Virus record (IMG/VR): IMGVR_UViG_3300037010_001227
Location: 1 to 64,000 of that record
Length of the DNA stretch: 64,000 nt
Strand: one strand, 5' to 3'
The notes beneath the pieces are model-generated. The model had not been told where the DNA came from and did not search any database. It was given only the letters and a program-made list of their open reading frames with translations. The position numbers and the translations under genes were made by a program. This document shows positions 7,096 to 16,805 of the stretch, piece after piece (position 1 is the stretch's first letter; each line of letters opens with the position of its first letter).

Positions 7096-8802
7096 TTAGC
7101 GACCTTTGCAGCCACTAGCACAATCTGCTGTGCAAGATGCAGAACAAGTTCCTGTGCAAGTTCCTTCACAACCACCTGTGCAAGTTCCTGTACAACCACC
7201 TGTGCAAGTTCCTGTGCAAGTACTAAAACAAGTTCCTGTGCAAGATGTCTGACAACCACCAGTACAGGTTGAAGAACAAGTTCCTTCACAAGTTCCTGTG
7301 CAATTTGCTGTGCAATGTCCAGTGCAAGAATTTAAACATCCTCCAGTACAAGATGTAATACAACTACCTACACAAGTATTATTACAACTACCTTTACATG
7401 TAGATAAACAAGACCAAGAACAACTACCACCACAAGTATAGAAATCGGGCGGTTGACCACCTAAAGTAACAGCATTAACATTTGTTATTTGAGAACCATC
7501 ACCAGCAAATGAGGGGGCAATGAATCTAGTGGAAGAAGCCAAGGAAACAGGATGTGTTTCATCAGCAGCTCTTCTTGATATAATAGAATCTACATCAGAC
7601 GTTCCAGAACCAAAGCTGATTTCACCACTGTATGAGATAGAAATTCTACTAAAAATATCACCGGGAACATTAGTAACCAAGGCGTCTTTGTGTAAAGGAC
7701 CTACAAAGTGGACACTAGCTGGATCTGTAACAATTAATGTGCCAGCTACTAAATTATCACCGTCTCTATTAATTTTACGATTTAACTGACTCTGAACAGG
7801 ACTTGTTACACCAGATAAAAGATTCAACTCGTCTAAATTGGTATTCATTGTAACAACTACTTTGTTAGAGTCTATACCTAAAACTCTATTAGCTGTTAAT
7901 TTATTTAACAGTAAATCAGATGTATTACTTAAAGCAATAGAGCCTGCTGTATGAGTAACTGAACCAGTCAACTGTGCAGAAGCTAAAGGAGCTTTTAAAT
8001 CTAATTGGCCTTGAATAGGAGATGTTACATTGTGAACATAAGAAAGTTCAGTAGATGTGGTTGAAGAGCTTGTTAATTTTTTATTGTTGTCTAAATAAAC
8101 AGCAGTTGAAGCAGTTAATGAAGAAACAATAAAATTATTAGATAGTGTAAGGTTGTTTGCAGCTGTTAAACCAGTTAAGTGAGCATCCAGTAATGGAGCC
8201 TTTAAGTCTAATTGACTCTGTAAAGTTATTCCAGTTGACAAATCAGATAATTGATTGATTTGATTTGTTGATACTGCGGCGCACATAATTTTGGAGCCGG
8301 TTGGATCCGAAATTAAAACCTTGTTTGTATCCAAGCCGGTTAGAGTAAATGCACCGTTACCAATAGTAACGGCAGCAGTAAAGTTTGCTGGTCCTTCTAC
8401 AGTAACATCCCCAAGAAAATCTACAGGCTTAGTAAAGTCTACGTTGTTATTAAAATATGATAGTCCAGTGAACGTAGTATTACCACTAAAAATATTATTA
8501 CCACTGAAGTTATTAGGAGCAGCAGACAGAGCAAAGTCTGACATTGTAGTGCCGTCATGACTAAAATAGAGTCTCCAAGCATTTACATTAGTATCCCAAT
8601 CACATTTAATATGTGGATTATAATTTACACCGACATTGTTTGATACCTGGAACACCAAATACTTTGGACTGTATCCTACTCCGTGTCCATTTTGTTCTCC
8701 ATCGGGGGCTCCATTAACAGCTGTTAACGGAGTTCCAATAACAAAGTCATTGTCAGGTGTTGTTGTGTATCTAAATTGACTTAATCTTAACTCACCACTC
8801 AT
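7096..8802 (-). CDS. fibre-like virion protein with C-terminal 28x Cys-X-X-X repeat (candidate radical SAM substrate)
   Basis: Fibre-type repeats (LQSQLDLKAPL, STTELSYVHNVTSPIQGQLDLKAPL, LSGVTSPVQSQLN), TLGGQPPDFY linker, then 112-aa CXXX tract. Confidence 0.8.
   Translation of the reverse strand: MSGELRLSQFRYTTTPDNDFVIGTPLTAVNGAPDGEQNGHGVGYSPKYLVFQVSNNVGVNYNPHIKCDWDTNVNAWRLYFSHDGTTMSDFALSAAPNNFSGNNIFSGNTTFTGLSYFNNNVDFTKPVDFLGDVTVEGPANFTAAVTIGNGAFTLTGLDTNKVLISDPTGSKIMCAAVSTNQINQLSDLSTGITLQSQLDLKAPLLDAHLTGLTAANNLTLSNNFIVSSLTASTAVYLDNNKKLTSSSTTSTELSYVHNVTSPIQGQLDLKAPLASAQLTGSVTHTAGSIALSNTSDLLLNKLTANRVLGIDSNKVVVTMNTNLDELNLLSGVTSPVQSQLNRKINRDGDNLVAGTLIVTDPASVHFVGPLHKDALVTNVPGDIFSRISISYSGEISFGSGTSDVDSIISRRAADETHPVSLASSTRFIAPSFAGDGSQITNVNAVTLGGQPPDFYTCGGSCSWSCLSTCKGSCNNTCVGSCITSCTGGCLNSCTGHCTANCTGTCEGTCSSTCTGGCQTSCTGTCFSTCTGTCTGGCTGTCTGGCEGTCTGTCSASCTADCASGCKGR
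7099..7434 (-). repeat. 12-nt/4-aa Cys-X-X-X coding repeat, 28 units
   Basis: Counted from CGGS to CKGR; commonest units CTGT and CTGG. Confidence 0.95.
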
Positions 8803-8820
8803 CGTATACCCTATAGTAAA

Positions 8821-8828
8821 ACTTAATT
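8821..8828 (-). promoter_or_regulatory. candidate late promoter AATTAAGT
   Basis: 18 nt upstream of the CXXX-fibre ATG. Confidence 0.5.
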
Positions 8829-8834
8829 GTAATC

Positions 8835-9602
8835 TTACGCGATAAAGAACTGTTGGCTTGAAGCATGGTTTGCCAGCTCTTCTCGTAAATTGGTTATCTC
8901 ATCTTTGGCTTGTGACAGCAGTTCCTGGGCATTTAAAGTTTGAGTCTCTCCAGTAGCACCAGCTATAGTTGAATATTTACCACGAACTAATCCTAGCATG
9001 TTCTTTGTAATAGCAAGGGCCATACGCTTTATCCAATAGGTTCCCCATTGATTAGATGTGGATATGGCTCCATCTTTAGACATAACGCCAAAGGCATTTT
9101 TAGAATACTCGATAATAACTGTCTGAGTGGCCTTAGGATAAGGAAATAGATAGAGTGTATTGTCAATAACTTTAAAAGTGATATCAAGACCTAAAGCTCG
9201 GTTTCTATTTTGTATATACTCATAGAATACAGCAAGATTAGCAGCACCATGAATAAAATTACCATAGCCAGCTCCTTGTAATCCTCCAAAACCACCACCG
9301 CCTCCCATAGCGAAACTAAAGATGTCTGTTGTTCCAGCCATACCGGCCATTATTTCGAAGGGCATAGCATAACAAACACTAGAGACAGTTCCTACTTCAG
9401 GAGGTAATGGAACTTCATTGTGCCCCTGAATAGCCATCGGTTGGTAGTAAGCTCTTTCTACTGCTCCAGTGGCAAGGTATTCATCCACGGCGGTGTTAAT
9501 AGCAGTATGAAGTTGAGCTTCATCTAACTCAACAGCAACAGTGGGCCAACCTAAATTAGTCAGGATGTAATTTTGAATGTCTTCTCGTTTGATTAAGCCC
9601 AT
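8835..9602 (-). CDS. neck protein, T4 gp13-like
   Basis: N-terminal IQNYILTNLGWPTVAVELDEAQL..AI..A matches the gp13 pattern; C-terminal GLVRGKY...LNAQELL. Confidence 0.8.
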   Translation of the reverse strand: MGLIKREDIQNYILTNLGWPTVAVELDEAQLHTAINTAVDEYLATGAVERAYYQPMAIQGHNEVPLPPEVGTVSSVCYAMPFEIMAGMAGTTDIFSFAMGGGGGFGGLQGAGYGNFIHGAANLAVFYEYIQNRNRALGLDITFKVIDNTLYLFPYPKATQTVIIEYSKNAFGVMSKDGAISTSNQWGTYWIKRMALAITKNMLGLVRGKYSTIAGATGETQTLNAQELLSQAKDEITNLREELANHASSQQFFIA

Positions 9603-9610
9603 TGGTAACC

Positions 9611-12040
9611 TTACTTAGCTATGTTAATTTGTAGATTTGTTGTGTTTAATACAATAATTTCGTATGGTTTAATAGGATACTCAGCGCCGAAGAGAATATC
9701 ATACTCAGAAGATAGTTTAGGAAAGTCTCTTTGAGAGTCTTTGTATCCTGGAATATCTTTAAGTTGCTTATATGTTTTAACTCCAGTTGCTAATACTGTT
9801 CCATCAGGTAAGAATGCGGAAGCCAATCCACCAACATAAATGTCAAAAGATTCTACGCCTGAAATAGCAGATAATGACTTAATGAAATCAAAGCTATTTA
9901 AACCCATACCCATTTCAAAATTATCCATTTTGAAATAGTTTGTTACAGAAGTGTAAATATCATTTCTGATTTGGCCTGATAGGTAACCAGCTTTTACTTT
10001 AACGTCTAGTCTGATATCTAAACTTCTCATTAAACCGTCAGCAACTTCAATATCAACACCAATACACTTATATTTATTTAAATAGTTACGTAATTGATAT
10101 TTTTCAGTAAGTGTTAAAGGCTGAACGGAGGTTTTATTAACTGAACTTAAGCAATACAGTCTAATAATGCTTCCATCTGAATCAGATTTAACAAGAGCAG
10201 CTGCAACTTTATAATTACTATTGAATTTTTTAGCCAGTGTAATATAATCTTCAGAACCTACTGCTCTATCTTGAGCAGCAAAGAATCGTGTTACTAATTC
10301 CTTAGAAGATTCAATAGATTCACCTTTTGACGAAGGTGCTGAAGAATATTCATTGTTTAATGAAACAATTACACCACCAATCCGAATTGACTTCTCTGAT
10401 TCGTTAGGTTTAATAATATAACCGTAACTACCAGTATTATTTACTCGATAGATAACTTTAATAGCTGCACCCTTGTCTGGGATTGCACCAAAATGACCGT
10501 CACCAAATCTAATAAAAGCATTAAAATTACCATCCCAAGTGACTTCATATACAGATTCTGCTTTATAGTAGGTATCAATATCTGCTGACAACCCAAACGC
10601 GATAACATTGTCAGATAATACCTTACCAATAGCAATCTTGTATGAAGGATTATTTTTTAAGAACTTAATAGAAGGATATTTAGTTGGATCCGCTAACTCA
10701 ATTTGAGTATCTGACACTAATTGTGGTTGTTTATATTCACCACCAATATCCTTATATTCTAATAGATAAAGAATGTCTCCAGCTGACCAAGCAATTGGTT
10801 CACCATAAATATTTGTAACTTCTGTTTCTAATGTAGTAGATGTAGCTGAATCAGTATTATCTGCAACTTTACCATAAACATATGCAGAGTGATATAATAA
10901 AAGATCAACATAATCATCACCAGCTACGGTAGAACTGGATAGATTAGAAATAATACCAATTCTATATGGAACATTTAGATTAACAAAGTCTTCATACTTG
11001 GCGATAATAGCTTCGTTATCATAATTGATAGCTAACATCATACCAACTTGAAGTAGATTGTTTTGTTTTAATCTAAAAGTCTCTTCAGATAGTTTAAAAG
11101 GAGCCAACAGGTAAGGAGTGTTTAAATTTTTTGTTGCTCCTACTTCAGTAGCAGACTTAAAGCCTGCTAATGCTAAGTAAGAAAGTTCGCCCCAAGTATT
11201 ATAAGCATACTTTCCAGGAATATTAATAGTAGTATCTTGGACTTGAACAATTATTGATGAGTTTAATACAGGTCCAGAACTTAAAGTAATGATTTGATTT
11301 GCAGTTCCATTAGATCGAAAATCTTCAACTAATGTCGTTCCACTTAATGCGAAACAAGTATATGTATTGAGTTCTTTTTCAATAGATTCTGCATCAGGAT
11401 CGTCAACTCTCACATAAGGTGGTAAAATAACATCACCTAAGTAATCAGGCTCAAAAATACCGTCTGTTAGTATAGCTGGGAATAATTCAAAGGTTTCTGA
11501 ACCAAAGGTAAGTTTTCTTCGGGCTAAACTAGAAGAAAAAATAATTTCTGAGGCATCCTCAATGTCTCTCGCTGCTGATGAATTAGCCAAAGATCTGTTT
11601 CTGGTAACTTTAAGAAGCAACACACCTTGTTGAGGACGGGAAGGTTTATATTTAAACATGTTTAAGAGTCTGTAAGTAGCGTATGCAGACTGTGAAGTGT
11701 CTAAAAATAGTTCGTTAACCATGGAATCAGTGTGATATGAAAGCATTTGACCCATGTAGGCCATCATGTTCATCATCATGCCTGAAGTGTTTGAATCTGC
11801 AAAGTCTCTTACAGAATACCCTAATTTAGCAGAATTGGCCTTAAGTAGGTTTAGTAATTGCAGTTTAATAGAACTGAAGTCTAAGTTTGTATATTCAAGA
11901 GGCGGCAGCTGAGGCTTAAATCTAAGTAGATCAATATCCAACGGAGTAACAGCGTCCGGTATATTTGGGTCTACTATAATATTTCCAGTAGAAGATACTA
12001 TATCTGTTATACTATTTGGCGTATTGTAAATTAATGTCAT
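9611..12040 (-). CDS. baseplate wedge subunit, T4 gp6/baseplate J-like
   Basis: YTNLDFSSIK..L, MAYMGQMLSYHTDSMVNELFLDT, IRFGDG..G.IP, DRAVGSEDY. Confidence 0.85.
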   Translation of the reverse strand: MTLIYNTPNSITDIVSSTGNIIVDPNIPDAVTPLDIDLLRFKPQLPPLEYTNLDFSSIKLQLLNLLKANSAKLGYSVRDFADSNTSGMMMNMMAYMGQMLSYHTDSMVNELFLDTSQSAYATYRLLNMFKYKPSRPQQGVLLLKVTRNRSLANSSAARDIEDASEIIFSSSLARRKLTFGSETFELFPAILTDGIFEPDYLGDVILPPYVRVDDPDAESIEKELNTYTCFALSGTTLVEDFRSNGTANQIITLSSGPVLNSSIIVQVQDTTINIPGKYAYNTWGELSYLALAGFKSATEVGATKNLNTPYLLAPFKLSEETFRLKQNNLLQVGMMLAINYDNEAIIAKYEDFVNLNVPYRIGIISNLSSSTVAGDDYVDLLLYHSAYVYGKVADNTDSATSTTLETEVTNIYGEPIAWSAGDILYLLEYKDIGGEYKQPQLVSDTQIELADPTKYPSIKFLKNNPSYKIAIGKVLSDNVIAFGLSADIDTYYKAESVYEVTWDGNFNAFIRFGDGHFGAIPDKGAAIKVIYRVNNTGSYGYIIKPNESEKSIRIGGVIVSLNNEYSSAPSSKGESIESSKELVTRFFAAQDRAVGSEDYITLAKKFNSNYKVAAALVKSDSDGSIIRLYCLSSVNKTSVQPLTLTEKYQLRNYLNKYKCIGVDIEVADGLMRSLDIRLDVKVKAGYLSGQIRNDIYTSVTNYFKMDNFEMGMGLNSFDFIKSLSAISGVESFDIYVGGLASAFLPDGTVLATGVKTYKQLKDIPGYKDSQRDFPKLSSEYDILFGAEYPIKPYEIIVLNTTNLQINIAK

Positions 12041-12045
12041 GAATT

Positions 12046-12231
12046 TTACTTTTGATAAGAGTCTTTAAACCACCCTCCACCTGACATAGCAAATGAAGTT
12101 TTAGATATTTGTCTTTGTAAACTATCAGACTCTCCACAAGATTCGCAACTCTGAACTTCTGGAGAGGTAAAAGATTCTAATTTCTCTATACTAATATTAC
12201 AATTTTTACAACGATATTCGTATAGAGGCAT
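12046..12231 (-). CDS. FmdB-family zinc-ribbon protein
   Basis: MPLYEYRCKNC...CESCG...F..SGGGWF. Confidence 0.85.
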   Translation of the reverse strand: MPLYEYRCKNCNISIEKLESFTSPEVQSCESCGESDSLQRQISKTSFAMSGGGWFKDSYQK

Positions 12232-12233
12232 AG

Positions 12234-12461
12234 TTAGATAGAGATTCGTGAAAGAACCTTATTAGTAATGTAATTGTTGATGATGTCAGAATTGTAGCTA
12301 ACGTCTTTGATGTCAGAAACAAGCCATAAAGCCTCGTCTACTGTTTCACCAGGATGTAGAACCAGAGTTGAAGTTGTCAATACTCCATTTACTACAGGAT
12401 CAGCAACATTGAACATTTGTAAAGTAATGACATTAGGAGTAATATTTTTTAGCAGTTTCAT
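12234..12461 (-). CDS. small hypothetical protein
   Basis: 75-aa ORF in operon; LKN...LVLHPGET motif. Confidence 0.6.
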   Translation of the reverse strand: MKLLKNITPNVITLQMFNVADPVVNGVLTTSTLVLHPGETVDEALWLVSDIKDVSYNSDIINNYITNKVLSRISI

Positions 12462-12504
12462 TTAAGAACCTTTGATGAGTGTTAAAATTAATTTGGTATT
12501 ATTA

Positions 12505-13047
12505 CTAAGATAATGAATCAAGCTGCTTGACTGTCTCTTGTATTTTACCCATTTGATGTCGCATGTCTCCGTTTATAATCAGCATTAGGTTTTTTAAGTC
12601 TTTGTCACATTGCCTCTCTCTTCCCCAAGGATTCAAATGTTGGGTAGCATTTATGTAATCAACTAAATTATCTGGATCTATTTCAGTGTATCTAATCTGA
12701 CCTACATTATTTTTTTCAGGAGTTGGGATTTTTGCTAACTGTTCTACCATAGCTTGTTGCTGTGATAGATTATTTACTGCGGCAGCTCCAGAATCAGCTA
12801 AAGTTTCTTTGCTGCTTGACAAGGTAACTTTAGTTTCCAATGGACTTGGAGGATTTAACATAAGTTCCGATAGTTTAGCTTCCAAAGATTTTATAAAAAT
12901 TATGTCTTCACTTGTAGCAGTTCCATTAGCTTCTTTTCGTCGTAGATTTAAAAGTTTTTGTTCTAAGTCTAATTTTAAGCTGTTATACATCACAATACTG
13001 GTCGTATATTGCGATAAATTAACGCCAGTTGCAGTAATGTCAGACAT
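12505..13047 (-). CDS. hypothetical helical protein
   Basis: 180-aa ORF coupled to upstream gene. Confidence 0.65.
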   Translation of the reverse strand: MSDITATGVNLSQYTTSIVMYNSLKLDLEQKLLNLRRKEANGTATSEDIIFIKSLEAKLSELMLNPPSPLETKVTLSSSKETLADSGAAAVNNLSQQQAMVEQLAKIPTPEKNNVGQIRYTEIDPDNLVDYINATQHLNPWGRERQCDKDLKNLMLIINGDMRHQMGKIQETVKQLDSLS

Positions 13048-13877
13048 TATGCCTCCATATGAGCGTTGATTTTAGGAGATAAACTAAAGAATTTTTTATC
13101 TTCCTCCTCTTCAGAAGCCCAACGATTTTTCCAGTAGATTTTATCGGCAGCAAGGGCTTTTCGTTGGTTTTCATAGCTATTTACTTCTAATTTTGCTTCT
13201 TTTAAATGGCTTTCAACTAACTGTACTTCTGCATATTGGTTAATTTGCAATTGTTTGTTTTTTTCTTGTTGTAAATTATAAGCCAATGCTTCAGCTTGTG
13301 TCATTGCATTAGATGGTTTTTTAGTATCTATCTGTTGAGTCTTTTTAATAGAATCTAACATTTTTTCGTAGTAATCTTTTTTCTGTTCTGAATATTTTTC
13401 ATTAAAATTAATCAAAATGGCCAATTTTTGCCACTCAATATTTTTATTAATTTTTTGCTTTGTTCTATTTAAAGCCCGTTCTACACGTAGCTTTGTCAAT
13501 GATAATAGCTTTTGAGCTTTAGCTATATCTTCATAAAACATATTTAATACAGTGCTAAGACTCATTATATTACTTGCTAATTTCATTAATTCCATAAATA
13601 ACGTAATAGCAAATGCTATCTCTTTTATGAAATAAATAGTCATATTAATTACTACACCCACATTAGGCGCAAATCCTGGAGACATAGATACGCCATATTT
13701 CATCTGAGATATAGCTGATTTAAAATCAGCAAAAAGATGTTTAATACTTTTTATTAATTCTCTAATAGATTCTTCTGCTTGTGGATCTCCCGTAGCTAAC
13801 GCCCGGAGTGTATACTCATAGCTAACATTAAGAGCTTTTACTTTTTGCATTAAGGGTTGTATTACTGAATCAGCCAT
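13047..13877 (-). CDS. hypothetical coiled-coil protein with a hydrophobic segment
   Basis: 276 aa, Lys/Glu/Gln-rich heptads; GVVINMTIYFIKEIAFAITLF segment. Confidence 0.65.
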   Translation of the reverse strand: MADSVIQPLMQKVKALNVSYEYTLRALATGDPQAEESIRELIKSIKHLFADFKSAISQMKYGVSMSPGFAPNVGVVINMTIYFIKEIAFAITLFMELMKLASNIMSLSTVLNMFYEDIAKAQKLLSLTKLRVERALNRTKQKINKNIEWQKLAILINFNEKYSEQKKDYYEKMLDSIKKTQQIDTKKPSNAMTQAEALAYNLQQEKNKQLQINQYAEVQLVESHLKEAKLEVNSYENQRKALAADKIYWKNRWASEEEEDKKFFSLSPKINAHMEA

Positions 13878-13879
13878 AT

Positions 13880-13887
13880 ACTTAATT
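13880..13887 (-). promoter_or_regulatory. candidate late promoter AATTAAGT
   Basis: Only 2 nt upstream of ATG 13877; atypical spacing. Confidence 0.3.
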
Positions 13888-14091
13888 TGTGTTAGCTGTC
13901 AATATGAATAAAGGGCTTGTTTTTATCTTTAAAAGCACTAAAAAATCTTCAGAAACTTGAGTAAAAATGGAAAAGTGTATTTAAAACAGATATAATACTG
14001 TAAAATCCATCCAGATTCTTTATATTTCTTGTGTAGACCAGCTAGAATAGCATCAAAAATAAGAATACTTTTCCATCATATATTCCATAGT

Positions 14092-14348
14092 TTATCGTTC
14101 AGCAACTGGAGTCCATTCTACTTCCATAGAAACAACTAAATCTGGAAGTCGTAAAGATATGAGAACCATTCTTACACCGTCTAATGCAGAAGCTTTTCCC
14201 AGAAATAGCTCCTAAGTAACACTATGTGAGTTCAAATAAGCTTTAGTAACAATATTTTGGTTGTTTGTTAATTGGATTAGCTATATTCGGAATCAAACTA
14301 TTATTAAGATTTAGATTCCGAATATACTAGGATTGGAGTTAGACTCAT
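14092..14348 (-). pseudogene. decayed small fibre-associated gene
   Basis: MSLTPILVY.. then NLNLNNSLIPNIANPIN then IVTKAYLNSH pieces in different frames, plus in-frame TAG; resembles the LNNN.I.N.A.P....D.VTKAY fibre motif. Confidence 0.55.
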
Positions 14349-14355
14349 AAATACC

Positions 14356-14899
14356 TTAGGAAAGCATTAATGTTCACGCTACTATTTCTGATAGTTGAAC
14401 ACGAACTTGTGAGATACTTGAGAAAGTTACATCAGCCCAAACCTTAACACCATCTGCGTTAATAACTTCAACATATGGGTTATGTCCGAATGAATGTGTT
14501 TGTAACCATTCTGTAGATGCTTCAACTGAGAAACTTAAAGATGCATCAGTGACTGTAATACTAACAAACACCTCTTGGCCATAACTGACCTACAGAAGGT
14601 CTTGCACCGTTACCTCCAGTTCGTTCTTTGTAGGAAGCTGGAAAAGTTGCTATGCTTACTTGGTGAGCTTGTTTTTGGCTAATAGTAGATTGGGTTTTTG
14701 CATTTAATAGTAGTTTAACCCTTGCAAATTTTGGTGTTACAATTAACCACCGATTAGCATTTGAAAATGAATTAACTGGAAATGCTTGACCAACTTTAAG
14801 AATATATGGAGATCTCTTAGGTACATTGGTTTTAATTTGTTGAGGACAGCGGATCGATAATCCCGTAGCGTCAACTAAATTTTTTACTGGTGCTGCCAT
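14356..14899 (-). pseudogene. interrupted structural gene (frameshift near 14570, TGA at 14374)
   Basis: 14561-14899 and 14374-14571 overlap in different frames; second part has a THSFGHNPYVEV domain and continues past TGA as TLMLS-stop. Confidence 0.55.
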
Positions 14900-14908
14900 T
14901 ATATATCC

Positions 14909-16798
14909 TTAAACAGGCTTTTGGTAACCAGCAAGTAGTAACCCAGTATTAATCTTAACCAACCACATAGCTACATTTACTGTAGTTCCATTTAATTGAG
15001 ATACAGGATTAGTTGCGTATTTACCACGAGTACATCCAGTAAAAGATGTTGGAGTTGTGCCAGTATATTGTATAACTTCACCATCAGCAACTATATAGCC
15101 AGTTGCAGGAAATCCTGTAGTTGATGCAACTGTTAGCGTATCATCGGTTGCTGAAGCAGTAGAAGTTATAGTAGTTGTAAAATCTGTAGATGCGGCTAAT
15201 ACCAATTGTTCATTTGCTAAGGTTCCAACATACCTATACCAATCTAAATTAGTAAGTTCTGGAACAATTCCTCTACCATTTGCACCCATTGTAAGTGTAT
15301 AAGTCCAAGTTGTATCAGAATTCATAGTTAATCTATGAATTGTATACATATTTCCATTATCTCCATCAGAAAATAATCCTTCCGATTTCATAGTTATATT
15401 AATATCAGCAAAACTAGATACGTTTCCCATAGTATCTGACACATAACCGGAAATTCCATGTTTAGTGAATACATTACAAGATTGATAGTCTGTTTCTGGA
15501 TTTAACACACCAAATCTATTGCCATAGTCAGGATAAACTACCCACCAATGTGTTATTTTACCGTATCCCCCAGTATTAGTAGCTATGTCATCATAGCCAA
15601 CTACTAGTTCAATAGGTGTAACAGGTAATAATGTGTGATCATTTGCAGGCATTTGAACAAGTGCTTCTGCGTTATTTCCATAACAAGCATGACACGGACC
15701 ATAAAAACCAGCATTTGTTTTAATAGCTAATGCGATACCTCTAGAACATACTTGAAGATAATAAATAAAACCATTTAGTAGATCAATAGTCATAGTATAA
15801 CTACGAGTTACACCAGTTCGTTGTATTTGTGGCTGAGCATATACACTTTTTGTTATAGTAGTAATGTTTGAAGTCGTAATAGTTATATTATTAGCTGGTA
15901 TCTTCTTTGTGGCTAAGAAATAAGAATAATTTGATAATCCTAATAAAGAACTAGTCCATTTCCATTCCCAAGCAAGAAAATTAGCATCCGTGCTTGTGGA
16001 TACAGCTTCAAATAAACCTCTAGCATTTTGTACTGCAGTATTCCCAGCAATACCGGTGTATGAAACTGTCACATTGTTTATTGTAATACTTAAAGTAACA
16101 GCTCCAGAGGTTGCGGCATAAAAACTATTACATTGTGGCATAGCTGTTAATAATTCTTGTATTGGAACAATAGAAATAGCAGATGAGTTACAAGAAATTT
16201 TAACTAGTTCTCTTGACACACTATTACCTATTGTTTCAGTTACTGGTGGGATAAAAAATCCATACATGTTTGTAGATACTTGATTATTTGAAGAATCTTC
16301 TAACCAAATATTAGATATCGTTGTAACTGTACCAGAAACTCTAGCTGTCACATTTAATCTCCAATAAGATTTTGCTGGAGCCCCAGTGACTGCAAAACTA
16401 CGAACTTCGGATATAACCAACCAATTATTTTCTCCTGTCCAAGTTTGGTGAGTGGTCCAAGTAGTTCCATCATCACTCCAATCTAATGTAAAATCTTTTG
16501 GAGCGGCGCTGGGAGATGATGATATTTGTATAATAAGGTTGGTAGGAGTAAATGGGTTAGCCAGTTGAACTCCTACCCACTTAGGCAACGAACTTGTTTC
16601 TGTTACTGTTGTTGTATTATCACCATCAAATACATTTCCAGGTGATGTAAAAGTTCCTAATGTAGCTACTGGAACTAGACTTTGTTTAATACATTGCCAG
16701 CCATAAGAAGTGATGGCTGTTTTTAGTGTATCTTGAACGTTTTGAACAGTAGAACCTGAAGGAATTAGAAAAGATTCAAATCCTAAGAAAGCAGACAT
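14909..16798 (-). CDS. tail-associated adhesin with discoidin (F5/8 type C)-like domain
   Basis: VFDGDNTT..WVGVQL..PKDFTLDWSDDGTTWT..YWRLNV; C-terminal LTVASTTGFP.G.I..DGEVIQYTG.T..SFTGCTRG module. Confidence 0.7.
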   Translation of the reverse strand: MSAFLGFESFLIPSGSTVQNVQDTLKTAITSYGWQCIKQSLVPVATLGTFTSPGNVFDGDNTTTVTETSSLPKWVGVQLANPFTPTNLIIQISSSPSAAPKDFTLDWSDDGTTWTTHQTWTGENNWLVISEVRSFAVTGAPAKSYWRLNVTARVSGTVTTISNIWLEDSSNNQVSTNMYGFFIPPVTETIGNSVSRELVKISCNSSAISIVPIQELLTAMPQCNSFYAATSGAVTLSITINNVTVSYTGIAGNTAVQNARGLFEAVSTSTDANFLAWEWKWTSSLLGLSNYSYFLATKKIPANNITITTSNITTITKSVYAQPQIQRTGVTRSYTMTIDLLNGFIYYLQVCSRGIALAIKTNAGFYGPCHACYGNNAEALVQMPANDHTLLPVTPIELVVGYDDIATNTGGYGKITHWWVVYPDYGNRFGVLNPETDYQSCNVFTKHGISGYVSDTMGNVSSFADINITMKSEGLFSDGDNGNMYTIHRLTMNSDTTWTYTLTMGANGRGIVPELTNLDWYRYVGTLANEQLVLAASTDFTTTITSTASATDDTLTVASTTGFPATGYIVADGEVIQYTGTTPTSFTGCTRGKYATNPVSQLNGTTVNVAMWLVKINTGLLLAGYQKPV

Positions 16799-16805
16799 TA
16801 GTAAA

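Noticed and set aside
7086-7289. ORF MKELVLQPVLVVVRHLAQEL...
   Set aside because: Alternate-frame shadow of the CXXX repeat
7099-7434. Diversity-generating retroelement target
   Set aside because: No reverse transcriptase in the window and no template/variable pair differing only at adenines was seen; variation among units is not A-specific
12505-13877. Tape measure protein
   Set aside because: These coiled-coil ORFs are too short, and no long TMP-like gene follows the chaperone; it probably lies outside the window
13900-14090. Possible decayed GIY-YIG fragment on the plus strand (MNKGLVF...KNGKVYLKQ)
   Set aside because: Too short and fragmentary to support
14374-14376. TGA where Gly would fit (EIVA*TLMLS) and an in-frame TAG at 6367, hinting at stop-codon reassignment (code 25 or 15)
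   Set aside because: Gly-, Trp- and Gln-rich ORFs of 600-1170 aa have no internal TGA or TAG, TAG terminates normal genes (e.g. 698, 62722), and the broken regions also contain frameshifts and TAA stops
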